Of a stretch of 48,652 nucleotides of DNA, positions 26,057 to 34,263 are shown piece by piece (the stretch's first letter is position 1; every line of letters starts with the position of its first letter). Location of the stretch: the NCBI GenBank assembly GCA_023397215.1, contig JAEWUG010000010.1, positions 1 to 48,652 of the forward strand, read 5' to 3'. The translations under genes were made by a program, and so were the position numbers. The DNA comes from Nanobdellota archaeon. Lineage in GTDB: Archaea > Nanobdellota > Nanobdellia > Pacearchaeales > GW2011-AR1. Under the pieces are notes generated by a model that was given only the letters and a program-made list of their open reading frames with translations, ran no database searches and was not told where the DNA came from.

Positions 26057-26866
26057 ATGAAGGTCTATACAAGTTTATCTGGTCAAGAATTTATCAAAAA
26101 ATTATTATCTGGCGAAAGAGATTTTTCAAGAATAAAATTAGAAGAAGGATATAATATCTCGAATAATGGACAATTCCCAGAACTAATGAATTTTTTACAT
26201 AAACAAGATTTAAAACAAGAACCAATAATATTAAACAATTCCGAGTTAAGAAATATTACAATCAATGGAATTTACTTACCATATTTAGAATGTAAAGGAA
26301 CAAATTTATACAGATTAAATGCACTAGGTGCTACATTTGACCATGCCAACTTTTCAGATACATCACTATTAAGAGCACTGTTAAATAATTCTAGTTTAGA
26401 AAACGTCTTATTTGAAAATGCAGATTTAGATAAAGTAAGATTAAACAATTCTAAAATAAATAAAACAAATTTCAAAAAAGCTTTTCTTTTAGACTTATCT
26501 GCAGAAAAATCAGATTTAAGAAATTCTTATTTTGAAGGAGCATATATGAAAAGAGCAAAATTTGGTAATTCAGATCTTTCAGAATCTTATTTTAAAGATA
26601 TAGAAACATATGAAGCAGATTTTGGAGGTTCTACCTTAGATAGAATAATATTATTAAATTCAAATTGTCAAAGAACAAATTTTGGAGGCTCAAGCATACA
26701 AGATTCAGTAATACAACAAACATTATTACTTCAGTCCAATTTCTATGGTTGTAACTTAGAAAAATCTAAAATTTTAAATTCACAATTATACGGAACAAAT
26801 TTTTCTAAATCTAATACAGAAAAGGCAATTTTTGACAAATCAAAACTAAAAGATTCAATAATATAA
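26057..26866 (+). CDS. pentapeptide-repeat protein
   Basis: N-terminal 'LLSGERDFSRIKL', then many A(D/N)LxX-type repeats ('ANFSDTSLLRALLNNSSLENVLFENADLDKVRLNNSKI...'). Confidence 0.85.
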   Translation: MKVYTSLSGQEFIKKLLSGERDFSRIKLEEGYNISNNGQFPELMNFLHKQDLKQEPIILNNSELRNITINGIYLPYLECKGTNLYRLNALGATFDHANFSDTSLLRALLNNSSLENVLFENADLDKVRLNNSKINKTNFKKAFLLDLSAEKSDLRNSYFEGAYMKRAKFGNSDLSESYFKDIETYEADFGGSTLDRIILLNSNCQRTNFGGSSIQDSVIQQTLLLQSNFYGCNLEKSKILNSQLYGTNFSKSNTEKAIFDKSKLKDSII

Positions 26867-26894
26867 TAATTTTAGTGAGATAAGCTTTTCTTAA

Positions 26895-28241
26895 TTAATT
26901 ATTTCTTCTAGGTCGAGAATTATTATTTTGTCTTAGAGATTTTTCACTCCCAAATTTTCTAAAAGACCTACTCCCTCTAGTTCTTTGAAAAGGCCTTGCT
27001 CTATCACCTGTTCTAGAATTACTTCTTCTGTCGCTAGATCTAGAATTACCTCTCCTCTGAAAAAATTTCTTTCCATTAGAGCTATTTCTATTTGCATTAT
27101 TTCTAGAGGATACAGATTTTTGTAAATAAAGTTCTTTAAACTCTGGTTTTTCAACTCTCTCAATATTCAAAGTACCATCTTTATTCACATTTCTAAAGTT
27201 ATCATAATCTTTACTTCCTAATATTGTAATAGCAACTCCTTCTTTACCTGCTCGAGCGGTTCTACCAATTCTATGAATATAATCTTCTTTTGTTTTTGGA
27301 CAATCATAATTATAGACATGAGAAACATTTTTAATATCAAGACCACGCGCAGCAACATCAGTACAAACTAAAACAAATTTTTCACTCTCATGAAATTTTC
27401 TTAAAACATTACTTCTTGTATTTTGACCCAAGTCTCCATGAAAACTCATAGCATCAATTCCTTGATTTTTTAAATTTCTAGCAACAAAATCAACATTTCT
27501 TTTTGTATTTGAAAAAACTAAAACTAAATTTGAAGTTTCTTTTTTTAATAAGTGGACTAAAAGTGAAAACTTTTCATTATCTGAGACATCATAAAAAATT
27601 TGTTTTAATTTAGACGGATCAACATAACTTTTCACAAAAACATTTATTGGTTTTAACATATGTTTATCAATAATTCTTTTAATTTCCCAAGAAACAGTAG
27701 CAGAAAAAAGTAAAGTTTGTCTTTTTTTAGGACACTCTTTTATTATTCTTTCAACATCAGGTAAAAAACCCATATCAAGCATTCTATCAGCTTCATCTAA
27801 AACTAAGGTTTTAATCTTAGACAAATCAATTGTTCTTCTACTAATATGATCTAAAATTCTACCAGGTGTTCCAACAACAATTTCAGCACTAAAGAGATCT
27901 TTAATTTGATTTTCTATTGAAACTCCACCATAAACAGAAGTAATTTTAAGATTTTTATATTTACCAAAATTCTTAAGAGAACTAGAAACCTGTTCTGCAA
28001 GCTCTCTTGTAGGAGTTAAAATTAACGCTTGTATTCCTTTCTTTTCAACACTATTCTCTATAATAGGATAACCAAAAGCCAAAGTCTTACCACTACCAGT
28101 AGCAGAACTACCTATAACATCTTTCCCAGCCAAAACTAAAGGAATTGCTTTCTCTTGAATTTCACTTGGTTCTTTAAAGTTCATCTTTTGAATAATTTTC
28201 AAAAAATCTTCATTAAGTCCAAGTTCTTTAAATTTTTCCAT
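26895..28241 (-). CDS. DEAD-box ATP-dependent RNA helicase with an Arg/Ser/Asn-rich C-terminal tail
   Basis: 'F..PSEIQ', 'GSGKTLAF', 'PTRELA', 'DEADRMLDMGF', 'SAT', 'HRIGRTARAGKEG'. The track start is TTG, so I use the ATG at 28241. Confidence 0.95.
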   Translation of the reverse strand: MEKFKELGLNEDFLKIIQKMNFKEPSEIQEKAIPLVLAGKDVIGSSATGSGKTLAFGYPIIENSVEKKGIQALILTPTRELAEQVSSSLKNFGKYKNLKITSVYGGVSIENQIKDLFSAEIVVGTPGRILDHISRRTIDLSKIKTLVLDEADRMLDMGFLPDVERIIKECPKKRQTLLFSATVSWEIKRIIDKHMLKPINVFVKSYVDPSKLKQIFYDVSDNEKFSLLVHLLKKETSNLVLVFSNTKRNVDFVARNLKNQGIDAMSFHGDLGQNTRSNVLRKFHESEKFVLVCTDVAARGLDIKNVSHVYNYDCPKTKEDYIHRIGRTARAGKEGVAITILGSKDYDNFRNVNKDGTLNIERVEKPEFKELYLQKSVSSRNNANRNSSNGKKFFQRRGNSRSSDRRSNSRTGDRARPFQRTRGSRSFRKFGSEKSLRQNNNSRPRRNN

Positions 28242-28325
28242 TATTTTCAAAAAAGAATTGATAAATCTGTTCTTTAATATAAATTAAACAAAAAATATGC
28301 TTTTAAAGCTTTGGTAAAAGAAAAT

Positions 28326-30425
28326 TTATTCTGTACTAAATAGTTTTCTAAACCAATCTAAGATTTTTTGTAAAAAACTGATCCCAACACACTTTTCATC
28401 AACACATAAATTAGAATCACATTCAAAATTATTATCACAAAATTCTCCTTCTCCTTTTTGAAGAACAAAATTATATCTATCATCAGAACAATATTTACGA
28501 TCCTTTCTATATCCTAAATTATAACATTTTTGGTTAAGGATACATTGATCCTTATCACAATTAGTATATCTTAAATCTTCAGGGCTTAAATAACCTAACT
28601 CTTCTTGACTAAAAATCTTATGATATATCTTACTATCTTTACATTTAACAAGATGATAATTTCCATTTTTTGAGGTAGGTACAATCTCTACAAAAACTAC
28701 TTCAACATAATTATCAGATTCACTCCCACCTAAATAATAATCTTTTAAAAAAATTAAAAATTTACCATCTTTTAATTTTTCCTGATAGATTAAAGGTGAC
28801 TGTTTATTAAATTGAATAACATTCCCTTCTACAGTAAATTTCACAGAACCGTCTTTAAATACTTCCAAATTATATCTATCATCATTATCTTTTGAAGACA
28901 ATTCTACAAATTCAAAACTATTTAAACCTAAATCAACAATTAAAAAAACTGCAGAATTAAAAAAATTATCTATTGAATCAAAATTAGAATAAATCAATGC
29001 TAATTTAACATCAATTTCATCTTCATCAGGACCAGAAAAACCAATTGTCTTAAGTAAATTATTATCATTTAAATCAAATCTTATCTTTAAATCATCTTTA
29101 ATTAACAACCCTTTAGTATTACTAGGTAATACTTGATAATCCCAAACATCATCGTTAGAAATATTTATTTGCTTATTATAATAATTATTCTCAGATATTT
29201 TAACATCTTCTCGACCATTTTCATAAAATTTAGTTACCTTTGTTTTAAGAATCATTTTATTGAAAGATCTACTAAAGGTTTCCATTTCAGGAAGACCCGC
29301 CTCAAAAATTTGATAAGACTTATTATCATAAGCAAAATAATATAATTCACCTACATCTAAACATTTTTCCAGACCTAAATTCGAATCATAGTAATGACAG
29401 GTTGAACACACTTGAGTCTTAGAATTATCATAAACGGTAGAATCATTATCTAAATAATCATTTGATATATTAGTAGGATACTGAATCTCAGAACGAATAG
29501 CAGTATAAGCTCTATTATAGTATATATCTTCAATATATTTCTGGAAAGATTCAAAATTAACAAAATCATCCTTAATAAGATAATCTTTATTAAGTTCATG
29601 CCCTTCCTTATTCCTTATATGAACAAGAATAATAGGAAGGATATTAGATTTAGGATGATTAAAATGTTCTAAATCAATATAAATATTATAATTAAATTCT
29701 TTAGTAAAATCATTATAAAATTGAATACCTTCTTTAGAAGAAAGATCTACAAATATAAATCCATCTGAATTCCCATAATTAAAGAAATTTTGAATATCTT
29801 GATCTTCTTTAGAACCATCTTGTATATTTCTTTTATTACTATCAATATACTGATAAAGACTAGAGTTTTGGTTATATCCATTTATAAAAATAATATGAGA
29901 CCCATCATTAATTACTTTATTAATTAGTCTATTTTCGGGTTTAGAACAATTTTTCTTTTTCTCAAAGATAAGACTATTTAATTTAGGATAAAAATAACAG
30001 TTTAACTCACAATTACTACTAAGATAATTTACTCTATCTTCAGTTTCAAGCTCAATAATAGTGTCTTCATTGTAAAAACGATTACTAGGAAGAACAAAAG
30101 TAAAATTAAAAAGATAAGGTATATCATCAAAATAAGTAAAATAACTATTAGAAACATCATGAGTCTCATTTGAGAATAAATAATAACTTCCTTTAATTAA
30201 AACAGAAACAGAATATATAGTAAAATTAGAATTAGTTAAATTATAAACTTCTAAAAATTCTATAGAATTAATAGAATCAACATCTAAGTTTATAGATTCA
30301 CTTATATTTAGGAAAAAGTAATCATAATAATGATACAGAGACTTATTAAGACTATCAAAAGTAGTAGCTGAAGAAAAAAATAAGTAAAAGACAAATAGAA
30401 AAATAAATAATAAATATTTTTTCAT
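28326..30425 (-). CDS. secreted 699-aa Asn/Tyr-rich protein with a Cys-rich C-terminal domain
   Basis: Signal peptide 'MKKYLLFIFLFVFYLFFSSA'. Many N-x-S/T sequons. The C-terminus is 'C..DQC...QKCYNLGYRKDRKYCSD...GEGEFCDNNFECDSNLCVDEKC'. Confidence 0.75.
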   Translation of the reverse strand: MKKYLLFIFLFVFYLFFSSATTFDSLNKSLYHYYDYFFLNISESINLDVDSINSIEFLEVYNLTNSNFTIYSVSVLIKGSYYLFSNETHDVSNSYFTYFDDIPYLFNFTFVLPSNRFYNEDTIIELETEDRVNYLSSNCELNCYFYPKLNSLIFEKKKNCSKPENRLINKVINDGSHIIFINGYNQNSSLYQYIDSNKRNIQDGSKEDQDIQNFFNYGNSDGFIFVDLSSKEGIQFYNDFTKEFNYNIYIDLEHFNHPKSNILPIILVHIRNKEGHELNKDYLIKDDFVNFESFQKYIEDIYYNRAYTAIRSEIQYPTNISNDYLDNDSTVYDNSKTQVCSTCHYYDSNLGLEKCLDVGELYYFAYDNKSYQIFEAGLPEMETFSRSFNKMILKTKVTKFYENGREDVKISENNYYNKQINISNDDVWDYQVLPSNTKGLLIKDDLKIRFDLNDNNLLKTIGFSGPDEDEIDVKLALIYSNFDSIDNFFNSAVFLIVDLGLNSFEFVELSSKDNDDRYNLEVFKDGSVKFTVEGNVIQFNKQSPLIYQEKLKDGKFLIFLKDYYLGGSESDNYVEVVFVEIVPTSKNGNYHLVKCKDSKIYHKIFSQEELGYLSPEDLRYTNCDKDQCILNQKCYNLGYRKDRKYCSDDRYNFVLQKGEGEFCDNNFECDSNLCVDEKCVGISFLQKILDWFRKLFSTE

Positions 30426-30471
30426 GGAAGATTAAAGATACACTCATTTATAAATCTTCTCCAAAAAATCT

Positions 30472-31071
30472 TCACTTCAAATTAAACTTTTTTATTTTTA
30501 CTAAAAGAAAATTAACAATTCCAATCATAATAAAAAAAGCCAAAAACCAGGAAATAGGATATAAAACAGGAATTATTTCAAAAGGCAAACAATTCTTAAA
30601 AACACAATTTACATTTTCAATAGGTTTGGTAAAAAGTCTAGTTAAAATAAAAAACATACTTATTAAAATTAAACTAAGCTTCCAGAAGTCTTTTTTTTGT
30701 AGTTTAATAAAATAAATTGATAAAAGAGCTATAGGAATAATAAAAATATGCTGAATAGAAACTATTTGAGAAATTAAAACTCTGGAAACAAACATATAAT
30801 CTGTAATTCCCCACAAACTTTTGTTGGAAAATAAATGATATAAAAAATCAATAGACCAAATTAAATAAGGAATAAAAATAATATTAAACCAAGCTCCAAT
30901 TAAATAAGAATTCTTAATTAATATTCCTAAACCTATGAAAAAAAATGCAAAATAAGAAATCCACAATACAGAAGCAGAATCTAAACCTATTATAACATTA
31001 AATATTGCAACAATTCCTATAACAATATAAAATATTCCAAAAAATTGTAGATAAAAATCTTTAAAGTTCAT
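30472..31071 (-). CDS. polytopic membrane protein, unknown function
   Basis: About 6 hydrophobic segments. The track start is TTG, so I use the first ATG at 31071. Confidence 0.6.
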   Translation of the reverse strand: MNFKDFYLQFFGIFYIVIGIVAIFNVIIGLDSASVLWISYFAFFFIGLGILIKNSYLIGAWFNIIFIPYLIWSIDFLYHLFSNKSLWGITDYMFVSRVLISQIVSIQHIFIIPIALLSIYFIKLQKKDFWKLSLILISMFFILTRLFTKPIENVNCVFKNCLPFEIIPVLYPISWFLAFFIMIGIVNFLLVKIKKFNLK

Positions 31072-31123
31072 AAAATAAAAAATCAATTAAACTATTTAAA
31101 TTTAAAATAAAATTTCAAAAGCC

Positions 31124-31131
31124 TTATATAT
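31124..31131 (+). promoter_or_regulatory. TATA box (TTATATAT) for the HydA-like gene
   Basis: 25 nt from the ATG at 31156. Confidence 0.4.
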
Positions 31132-31155
31132 TACACAAACTAAAATAATTCAAAG

Positions 31156-31998
31156 ATGGTGAAAAATAAAAATAATATTTTAGAAATTGAAAAACTAATT
31201 AAAAGTGAAAAAAAATGTTTAGCAATGATTGCTCCAAGTTTTATTACAGACTTTAAATATCCCTCAATAATTAATCAACTAAAAGAATTAGGATTTGATA
31301 AAGTAGTAGAATTAACATTTGGTGCAAAAATGATTAATAGAGAATATCATCGAAAATTAAAAAAAACTAAAAAATTACTTATATCCTCAACTTGTCCAGG
31401 AATAACAACTTATATTGAAAATAACTTTCCAGAATATAAAAACAATATAATTAGAATAGACTCTCCAATGATTGCAATGGCTAAAATTAGTAAAAAAATT
31501 TATCCTAATCATAAAATATTTTTCATTTCACCATGTAATTTTAAAAAAATAGAAAGTCAAAATAAAAAAGAAATTGATTATATTATTGATTTTCATCAAT
31601 TAAAAGAATTATTTAAGAAAAACAATATATACGAAAATAATAAAAAAATTCAATTTGATAAATTTTATAATGATTACACAAAAATATATCCTTTAAGCGG
31701 AGGACTTTATCATACAGCCCATATTAAAGGAATTTTAAATAAAAACCAAGTTAAAATAATTGATGGAATTGAAAAATTAAATAAATTTTTAAATAAACCA
31801 AATAAAAATATATTATTCTTAGATTGTTTATTTTGTCAAGGAGGTTGTATTGGAGGACCTCATACAAATCAAGAAATAACAATAAATCAAAAAGAGAAAT
31901 TAATAAATAAATATTTAAAATTAGCAAAAAAAGAAGATATACCTGAATCAAAAAAAGGTTTATTAAAATGTGCAAAAGAAATTGATTTTAAATATTAA
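31156..31998 (+). CDS. [FeFe]-hydrogenase large-subunit C-terminal (H-cluster) domain-like protein, minimal 280-aa form
   Basis: Collinear with the HydA H-domain: 'MIAPSF', 'LGFDKVVELTFGA', 'SSTCPG' (TSCCPGW site), 'ISPCNFKKIE' (MPCxxKxxE), 'LSGG', 'LDCLFCQGGCIGGP' (CxxGCxxGG). Confidence 0.75.
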   Translation: MVKNKNNILEIEKLIKSEKKCLAMIAPSFITDFKYPSIINQLKELGFDKVVELTFGAKMINREYHRKLKKTKKLLISSTCPGITTYIENNFPEYKNNIIRIDSPMIAMAKISKKIYPNHKIFFISPCNFKKIESQNKKEIDYIIDFHQLKELFKKNNIYENNKKIQFDKFYNDYTKIYPLSGGLYHTAHIKGILNKNQVKIIDGIEKLNKFLNKPNKNILFLDCLFCQGGCIGGPHTNQEITINQKEKLINKYLKLAKKEDIPESKKGLLKCAKEIDFKY

Positions 31999-32034
31999 CA
32001 AAAAGTTTATAACTACTATAAAATAGTATTCTTT

Positions 32035-32514
32035 ATGAAAAGTTTAAGAAAAATCGTTTCAGGAATTTTAATTTTATCTTCACTAATTACACCACAAAAA
32101 GTAATTAGCCAAATGAATGGTATTTACATACCAAAATATGTTTTTATTTATTTAAATGAGAATAATGAGATTGAAAATGTCACAAAAAATAATTCTGGAT
32201 ATATTTATGATTCTGACCAAACAATTTTAATAGTAAATAAACAAGGAGAGATGTTACCTTGTTCTTCTGAAATAAAATATAAATTAAATAAATTTAACTG
32301 CAAAAGAAATGAAAAATTAAATGAAACAGAAATAAAAATAGCAGACCAAATTTGTAAAGAGATTGATTTTCCCTTAAAAAGCATTGAAGATACATTATCT
32401 AAATATAAAGTTCCAAATGATTTCCTCAAAAGATTATACCAAATTAAAATAGAAATAGACGGAGATACAAATTATAAAAATATAAAAAATATAGAATATA
32501 AATTAAAAACTTAA
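32035..32514 (+). CDS. small secreted protein, unknown function
   Basis: Signal-like 'LRKIVSGILILSSLITPQKVISQ'. TATA box 22 nt upstream of the ATG. Confidence 0.55.
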   Translation: MKSLRKIVSGILILSSLITPQKVISQMNGIYIPKYVFIYLNENNEIENVTKNNSGYIYDSDQTILIVNKQGEMLPCSSEIKYKLNKFNCKRNEKLNETEIKIADQICKEIDFPLKSIEDTLSKYKVPNDFLKRLYQIKIEIDGDTNYKNIKNIEYKLKT

Positions 32515-33309
32515 TAATTTTTTAGCATTATTAAAAATATTCTTTTTTACTTCTCCAAAACTTAAATTTTTTATTTTAGCTATTTCTTCAATACTAATTA
32601 AAACATTTTTTGGTTCATTTCTAGTCATTGCAACAGGAGATAAATATGGAGAATCTGTTTCAGTTAATAATTGATTTAAAGGAACTATATTAACTAACAT
32701 TTTAAAATGTTCTAAACGAGTAATAACTGCAGGAACAGTTAAAAACCAACCATTATCAATAATTCTTTTAATTAAAGATTTTTTACCATTAAAACAATGC
32801 ATAATTACTTTTTTACAAGAATATTTTTCTAATAATTCAATACATTCAAGTTCAGCTCCACGAGAATGAATTAATAAAGGTTTATCAATTTTATTTGCTA
32901 ACTGAATAATTTTTTCAAAATTCTCTTTTTGAGCATTTTTAATTTCTTCATTAACTTTGATGACTTTAAAATCAAGCCCCACTTCACCAATAAAAAGACA
33001 GTCATTTTTATGTTCAAAAATCCAATCAAGTTCTAAATCAATATCTAAAGGTAAAATTTCTCTAGGCCCATCATCTTTTAAATTAGGAAATTGTTTAATA
33101 ATTCCATCAATTGGATAAATCCCAAAAGAAGCAAAAACATTCTCATACATTTTCGACAACTCTAAAACTTTTCTATTCGCAGAACTATTAATTCCAGAAC
33201 TAACAATCAAAACACTAGACTTTCTTGCATTACTAATAACATCTTCCAAATCTTCTTGAAAATGGTTCATATCTAAATGAGCATGAATATCAATAAATTC
33301 ATAATCCAT
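32503..33309 (-). CDS. tatD: TatD-family metal-dependent hydrolase/DNase
   Basis: 'FIDIHAHLD', 'IGEVGLD', 'LLIHSR', 'VIMHCF', 'LLTETDSPYL'. Confidence 0.9.
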   Translation of the reverse strand: MDYEFIDIHAHLDMNHFQEDLEDVISNARKSSVLIVSSGINSSANRKVLELSKMYENVFASFGIYPIDGIIKQFPNLKDDGPREILPLDIDLELDWIFEHKNDCLFIGEVGLDFKVIKVNEEIKNAQKENFEKIIQLANKIDKPLLIHSRGAELECIELLEKYSCKKVIMHCFNGKKSLIKRIIDNGWFLTVPAVITRLEHFKMLVNIVPLNQLLTETDSPYLSPVAMTRNEPKNVLISIEEIAKIKNLSFGEVKKNIFNNAKKLLSF

Positions 33310-33385
33310 AAAAATAAAAACAAAAACATATTTAAAAAATTAAGTAATCCAAAAGCTATAAAAACAAATCTCAATTTTAAATTAA

Positions 33386-33667
33386 ATGACAACAATATTA
33401 ATTATTTTAATATTATTATGTGCAATACCTTTAGGTCTAATCTTATCTTTAATTACAAAAGATGAAAAAGAAATTTACACAAAATATTTTTACACAATAA
33501 AATGGATTTTATTAATATTAACAGCATTTTTTTTAACAACAAATAAAACATATGCACTTTCAACAAGTTTTATTTTAATTACAATTATTTTTTGGGATTC
33601 TTCTGAAAAAGTTATAAATTTTATAAAACAAAGACTTAAAAAAGGAAAATTCTTAATAAAAAGGTAG
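33386..33667 (+). CDS. small membrane protein (3 TM)
   Basis: Hydrophobic 93-aa ORF with a TATA-like CTATAAAA 24 nt upstream. Confidence 0.5.
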   Translation: MTTILIILILLCAIPLGLILSLITKDEKEIYTKYFYTIKWILLILTAFFLTTNKTYALSTSFILITIIFWDSSEKVINFIKQRLKKGKFLIKR

Positions 33668-33740
33668 GTTAAAATATGTTATGCAAAGTTTGTTTCAATA
33701 AAGATTTCTCTCAAGATATTAAATTAAACAGGAGGATAAA

Positions 33741-33986
33741 ATGAAGTTATATGTAGGTAATTTACCTTGGAGTATTGACAATAAAGGTTTACAAGATCTT
33801 TTTTCACAATATAATGCTGAAGAAGCATCTGTAATCCAAGATAAGTATACAAGAAGATCAAAAGGTTTTGGTTTTGTTACAATTTCAGATGATGATTCTG
33901 CTAACAAAGCAATTTCAGAAATGAATGAAAAAGAAATTGAAGGCAGAAAAATCAAAGTTAGTGAAGCTCAACCAAGAAGAGAATAA
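33741..33986 (+). CDS. RNA-recognition-motif (RRM/RNP-1) RNA-binding protein
   Basis: RNP-2 'LYVGNL' and RNP-1 'KGFGFVTI'; 81 aa. A strong SD (AGGAGG) lies 5 nt before the ATG. Confidence 0.9.
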   Translation: MKLYVGNLPWSIDNKGLQDLFSQYNAEEASVIQDKYTRRSKGFGFVTISDDDSANKAISEMNEKEIEGRKIKVSEAQPRRE

Positions 33987-34003
33987 ATCTTCTAAAATAA
34001 AAA

Positions 34004-34016
34004 TTTTTATTTTTTT
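34004..34016 (+). terminator. oligo-T tract (T5-A-T7) after the RRM gene
   Basis: Archaeal-type intrinsic termination signal in the 48-nt gap between convergent genes. Confidence 0.4.
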
Positions 34017-34034
34017 ATTAATTTTAATTAAAAT

Positions 34035-34262
34035 CTATCTATTAAAATAAGGACATTCATCATATTTCTTAGGCAAAGGGTATATAGGTGAAATAGAATT
34101 GTCAAAATCTTCTTCCATAAAAGTAAAACCATGGCAATTTAACCCTTTTTTAGTATAAGCTTTTTCTCCTGGAGAAAAAATACAAATAGAACAAAAACTT
34201 TGATAATATTCATTTTTTAAGAAATCTTCTTGTTTACCAAGTTTATCATCTAAAGTTACCAT
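34035..34262 (-). CDS. small 4-Cys protein (75 aa), unknown function
   Basis: The ATG at 34262 lies 1 nt after the EF-2 stop (the track start at 34277 is GTG). Cys residues occur as 'FCSIC', 'NCH' and 'ECP'. Confidence 0.5.
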   Translation of the reverse strand: MVTLDDKLGKQEDFLKNEYYQSFCSICIFSPGEKAYTKKGLNCHGFTFMEEDFDNSISPIYPLPKKYDECPYFNR

Positions 34263-34263
34263 T

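Noticed and set aside
26933-27163. 76-aa same-strand alternative-frame ORF over the C-terminal tail region of the DEAD-box helicase gene.
   Set aside because: The helicase frame continues naturally into an Arg/Ser/Asn-rich basic tail, which is common in DEAD-box proteins. The alternative frame has no start signals or motifs.
33676-33744. 22-codon upstream ORF (MLCKVCFNKDFSQDIKLNRRIK) whose TGA overlaps the ATG of the RRM gene.
   Set aside because: An ORF this short is expected by chance. No convincing promoter lies upstream of its ATG, so the likely TATA candidates would start transcription downstream of it.
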